A DNA stretch of 64,000 nucleotides from Curvularia clavata. Lineage: Eukaryota. The notes under the pieces are model-generated. The model made no database searches. It was given only the letters and a program-made list of their open reading frames with translations, and had not been told where the DNA came from. Each line of letters begins with the position of its first letter. Position 1 is the stretch's first letter. The translations under genes and the position numbers were made by a program. Location of the stretch: positions 930,001 to 994,000 of the forward strand of contig CP089279.1 of assembly GCA_023920165.1 (NCBI GenBank), read 5' to 3'. Positions 58,762-64,000 of this stretch are shown here, piece by piece.

Positions 58762-60162
58762 GTTTGATGTGGGACGTGGCAGGTTTGGTGGGTCGAGTTT
58801 GTGGCTCTGGGCTTTGGATTTGGATCTGGTCTTGGCTTTGTAGACTGTGCTAGAGAAGGCGAATGCAAGATTGTGTCTTGTTAAATCGCTGGCACAGTAT
58901 GCATAATACTCATTCTAGTGCTTGTCTGCGTCTACAGGGCTGAATAGATCTCCATTCTTACTTTCGGGTTTGTTTTTGTGATGATGATGACGCGGTTTGG
59001 TAATTGTCTACGACTTGTTTGTTCTCAGACTAGTTTGTATCAAGATGGAGCTGCACGACCTGATTTTGAAGAGTGACATTCGGAATTGCTTACGTATAAG
59101 TATGCTGCCTTCCTCTACCAGCAAGAGGTAAGTATCGAACGCAATATCTACTTCGCCATACCTACTCAACTAGACTTGTGTTGCATAACCCCAGATTGTC
59201 AAATTGCCCTCATTATATATGATACATACTTCTTTCTCTAGTTTTTTATTTCTTCTTCTCCCGGTTCGGTATATCAAGAAAACGCCACGTCCCTGACAAT
59301 GACATGCATCGCACCCGTCATTATCCTGCGAACAACAATCCCATCCCAACCGCCACCAACTCGCCTACTTTAGGAATTATCTGCTCAGAGTATTGCACCG
59401 GCAAAGAGAGCGTCGGGGAGAGGACGTTACGAAGATTCAGGAGAAGGTCATCGGGAATTATGGACTCTGGCCTCGAGGGTGATGATTGAGGGTAATCGTC
59501 TTCACCCTCCAGATCTTCCGCAATCTGCAGGCGACATTTTCTCATCGTCCAAGATATTATTTGATTGTGGTTGCGTGGAGGTTGGTGGTAGATAAATGAG
59601 AGTCGCTGGCGGGAGTATCTTCCTAGAACAAGGTTTTCGAAATGTCAACCCACACCAGATCCGACTTTATCATCCGACAACCCTTGCCCGAAAATTTCAT
59701 GACCTCCATGGAAGGTGCGTTGGCGAAGTTGCGGAAGAGGAAAGAGTTGAAGGACACTGCCCTGGACCGCAGGGACCTGTGAATCATCTTCGACGAGGTC
59801 AACTCTCATATACACAGCACCATGTTGGTGAAGCCCACGCAGTGGATGGAGATTAACGGGTAGGAGATGCTCATGAATTTCCTCCCGTCCTCGGTCATCA
59901 GGGATCTGAGTGAAGTACTGTGCGATGGAGGCATGACTCTGAGAACCAGCTTCAGCGTCGCGACAACACACTCAAGAAATTCTCGTCAATCTACGTGTCA
60001 CATTACGTATATGGTTGATAAAACTCCTTGAAGTATATATCACCATGTGCAAGTACTTTCTAGACTTGCCCTTCTTTCGCCTCACCATCCCCTGACCAAC
60101 CTGTTCCTACCCGAGGCACCTACACGCCATAAGTCCAGCCCGCCGCAGCTGGAGTATATTGC

Positions 60163-60376
60163 CTGCCACCTACAGAAGAGTATGTAGCCGAAGCTACTAG
60201 AGAGATATCTATGAAAGAGACGCCTAGCCACATATTAGTGTTGGATCTCAACGGCCTATACCGACCTAGTCGCAACGCAAAGACTGTGATCGAACGCCCA
60301 TTTCAGAAGCCCTTGCTCCGCCACTTGTTCTAGAGTTTGAATGCCACGATCCGGTCAATCGCTAGAGTGCTAATCT
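60163..60376 (+). pseudogene. Decayed fragment of an NIF/FCP1-like HAD phosphatase gene
   Basis: LPPTEEYVAEATREISMKETPSHILVLDLNG--LYRPSRNAKTVIERPFQKPLLRHLF*SLNATIRSIAR: the DLNG(TL) motif lacks two residues, there is an in-frame TAG at 60331, and I see no continuation. Confidence 0.6.
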
Positions 60377-61731
60377 TAGGCTGTCACCGTCAGCGACTCC
60401 AAGAACCCCGACTTGGATTTTGAGAAGCTGCAGTTTCGCAAGAATATACCACCTCAATGTCGAACAGGATAGTTTCAAGCTCCTCGGGAGACAACTGGCA
60501 GGTTATCCCGCCACAGGACTCGCGTTCGTGCTACACACAGGGCAAAATCCTCGCATATGTACCTGGTGCCGATTGCAACGTACAAGGAGACTCGCATTGC
60601 AAATCCTAAAATTCGGCCAGCAGTACAATCAGATGGCAACCATGTCCAGCGGGTTGACGGCCGAGTTCTAGGATCGTTGGGTGCTTTGCTGAGTCTCACG
60701 GAGATTGACTCCAACCCGTTGGTGGTGATGGAATTCGTCGAGCTGTCCGTTTCCTTCACGTACCACGATTCAACCATGTTCGATTTGCTGGTCAAGTTCG
60801 TCGCCAAAGAGTTCAAACATGCGGGTGCTCCTCGACCAACGAAAATCGCTTTTATATACTGTTTTCCCAACCTGCTTTCAATATCCTTCGCAATGTCAGT
60901 ATACTAGCAGCAGAAACAACACTCACATATAATCCCTTTCTGGCTATCATCGGAAAGTTGTGCGGGTAAATCCCGTCTTATATTGCCTACTGTCGACGTG
61001 CTTATCTGCGCTAAAGAATCTCAACTGGGCCCCTTTCCGAGAAGAGAACCTTTTCATGGCATTTGGAGCGTGGTCGGCAAAGAAGATGGGAGATTGGAAA
61101 TCTGATCGTCCAGGATTTCGTGCAAAGAGATGCACTGTTTGGGAGAGCACGATCCGCCCTAGGTATGAGGCCGAGTTCTCAAATTAGCGGGCTCTAACTA
61201 AATATGCAACTCAGATATACTTCCCCAACCTAAACCCTTTCTTTTTTAAGACTACTTAATTCATCTCCTCTGCTTTATTTTTGGCTTCACTCTGTCTGGT
61301 ATACAGTTGATATATCAAAGCATCGTTACCTGATCACTCCGAGAGCTTCATAGCCAATATCCAGCATCCAAGTACTACTTGTACCACGGAAGTTCCCAAT
61401 ATTCCTCAGTCCTCATTAGTCTATAATACATATATCGCGGATGATCTCTCCGCATTTAGCAGTACTATACTTGCAAATCTACAATTCCTTTAAGTTGAAG
61501 TTGTGATAGAAACTTTACGATACAATGTTTTGACTTGTCATCTCTAATTTTACGTGAATAAATAAATCATCAACTCATTACAAGAAGCATGGAAGCTCCG
61601 ATGCATCTACCACACTTTCTCCCCATTAATTACTCTTTTCCTCTCACCCTTTAGCCTTCCAATTCATTAAATCAATGACCCAAACCCATATTCTCCCACC
61701 CAACCATTGCACCAACTGGATTAGCCTCCTA

Positions 61732-61772
61732 CCCAGCCAGCCCAGCCCAGCCCAATCCAGCCCGGTCCAGCC
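61732..61772. repeat. Imperfect (CCCAG)n pentanucleotide repeat
   Basis: cccagccagcccagcccagcccaatccagcccggtccagcc. Confidence 0.8.
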
Positions 61773-63116
61773 ATTCCTAAAAAGCAAAATCCCGTTCGCT
61801 CTAAACTTAGCTCCGCCCGCTCAGAACCCACGTTCCGTTCCCACCGCTTATCTCTTTTGCTTTTTTCCCATCTTCATTTCCGCTGTCACGCTAGCCCCTC
61901 TCGGTATTGACAACGTGGAAAAAAAAATAAAGCTAGTAGAAAGATTTTAAAATTACATCCCATTTTTGATGGGTTGCATTGCGTGTACAGTTACTAGTGT
62001 CGCCCCACCCGCTTATTTTGGGCTAAGTAGGCGACGTAGGTGGAAGGGGCAAGAGAGGCGATATGAGCGGGAATAGATGCGCATGAGAAGGGGGGAGGAG
62101 AAAAGGGGATAAGCAAAGGGAAGACGTTGAAGAACGTGGAAGAACTGAGTGATCTGAACACAGTTGCAGGTGTGAAAATCATATATGGTGCAAAAGTAAC
62201 TCATTCGTACCCTATATACGGGATCTGCGCCTGCAAGTATAGTATTCTTAATAGAGTGATGTTCAAAGATGGGAGAGAGAAAAGGGCCTAGTGGAGGCTT
62301 TCCTAGACTCGGGTCACGTGCAGATATACTACGTATCCATAGCACGAGATAGGACACGAACACGAACACCACGTCTATTAGGAAGATGTCCCTTATGAGA
62401 GCAAACCCACTCAGGAAGGGTACATAACTTCGTATCGCGAACATGCGCATGTTTATCTACGGTATATGTACGAAGGAAATTACCCCACTCTACCACTAGC
62501 TCTGCTCTACCTTCCTGCTCAAGCAAACCACCTCATATACATGCTCCTCGCCACCCAATGTGGAAAAAACAAAAACAGAGTATTACGATTCCACGCACAG
62601 TGCCGAGGGTTTAGGAAATCTGCCGAAAGACGCAAAACCCCCCCGTTCTTCCTTCCACGCTCAAAATAGACACAGCATGATATAATGCCCACGTGTTGTC
62701 TCGCCTCTTCTTACTTTGTAGCAATACAACGTCTGCTATACTTTAACCCACGTACCACCTGCCCATACGTGTTTAGCGTATAACATGCCCTCTGCATGTC
62801 ACCCCTCCCCCCAAACACGTAACCAGAAACTCATATCGACATGTTTCAGCGGCTAGTCATACGTTTGGAAAAGAATAAGTGGGGCAGGGGACAAGAAGGG
62901 GAGCTGGTGGGGGGAAGGGGAACGGGTGTTTCATGTCAGAGTAACATGTAATTTTTTTTGTACTTCGGGACAACGGCTCTTAGTCTGGTAGAACGGGGGG
63001 AGGTGTTTGGATACTGAAGGCATGAATCAAGGTCAGATTCTTAGAAGGGATTTTTTTTTCCTTTGGTCTGGTGCATAGCATGATAACGATACGTAGATTT
63101 CCGTATGCTTGTGCCG

Positions 63117-63133
63117 CACACACACACACACAC
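63117..63133. repeat. (CA)n microsatellite
   Basis: Directly visible. Confidence 0.85.
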
Positions 63134-64000
63134 CCTTGCAAGCATGGTAAAACGTTGCTCGTTTGTTTCGTTTTGCACTTGTTGCAGTTGCATCAACGTA
63201 TCATGGGCTTGTATCCTATGTCAGAGTCCCCTTGTCTCTTGCACTTTCCCCATCAGCTACTTCTATTTATTTTTTTAGATGTACGAATAGTACGTACATT
63301 GCGCAAGACCTTCCTTCGTGTTCGTAGCGATGACGCTATTCAGCTAAAAACACCGACTACGAATGGCGGCTGTGCGCTTGACGCGTCGACTATCGTGAGA
63401 TGAAAGTGAGACATATGATGTCATATATTATGTAGTTCGCACTCGCACTCGGGTTTTCTTTCCCCCCTCACATCAGTTTGCCCATCTCATGTCAGATGTT
63501 GCCCCAAGTGCAGCTCTAAGCAGAGAAAATTTTAGGTTTTGCTGTTTTTGGGTATGGACGAGGTGCCACTTGGGATGCAACTTTGAGTGGGTTTGTGTAG
63601 GATTGCGAACCTGGGTCGTGTGGTTGGGTTGTGCGCGTGCATGACCCACTCGATCGGCAGCTGGCGCGATGCCGTCACATGCTCGAGTCACTACGGCGAT
63701 CGGTCCCAAGTTCAGGTCATGTAGTAATTGTAATGTAGTATGTACAGGATGTGGAATTGTTCACACCCACTCTCCGTGGAGCAGGTGGCAGATGCAGTAT
63801 TAGAAGATCTAGTGTAGTATAGTATATAAAAGTTAAATGCGAAGCGCTGGATTGCCTCCCAATGGACAATGTATGCAAGTGGTATCTTGGGAAAAATGAA
63901 ACAAAGACAACACCCGAAAATGCTCATAAACGCCCCTCCCATCGTGTTCCTGTATTGTGGTACTCGTAACTTCTTAACACTCGTCATCGTGGTTTTTTCA

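Noticed and set aside
61200..64000. Short ORFs near the window end
   Set aside because: Low-complexity, AT-richer sequence with no recognisable motifs or consistent splice structure.

Overview
Eukaryotic, intron-rich DNA from a filamentous ascomycete, probably Dothideomycetes/Pleosporales (inferred from gene content, short GT-AG introns and CTRAC branch points). I reconstructed about 24 protein-coding genes by hand: ATP7, SAR1, a Nup53-like RRM nucleoporin, an F-box-like protein, RPL14, EGD2 (NAC alpha), a TauD-type dioxygenase, a Zn2Cys6 factor, a DUF5872-like protein, an APP1-type PA phosphatase, an SDR, LSM1-like, a GH5 mannanase, a large membrane protein, an Ino4-like bHLH, a GH5-fold/Cys-rich secreted protein, Cnl2/Nkp2, EAF3, NRK1, ARMH3-like, a tail-anchored protein and two small multi-exon genes that the ORF track misses. 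Best hidden signals: (1) a spliced, apparently non-coding transcript divergent from RPL14 with one box C/D snoRNA in each of two introns (a U24-type 25S guide, and an snR87/U16-type 18S guide carrying a second 25S guide); (2) a 2-nt microexon in SAR1; (3) a secreted GH5-fold protein whose acid/base Glu is replaced by Gln and which carries Cys-rich repeats; (4) a start codon split by an intron; (5) decayed gene fragments near 59-61 kb. I found no tRNA, rRNA, CRISPR array or recognisable transposon. Family assignments and rRNA target sequences come from memory, not from database searches.
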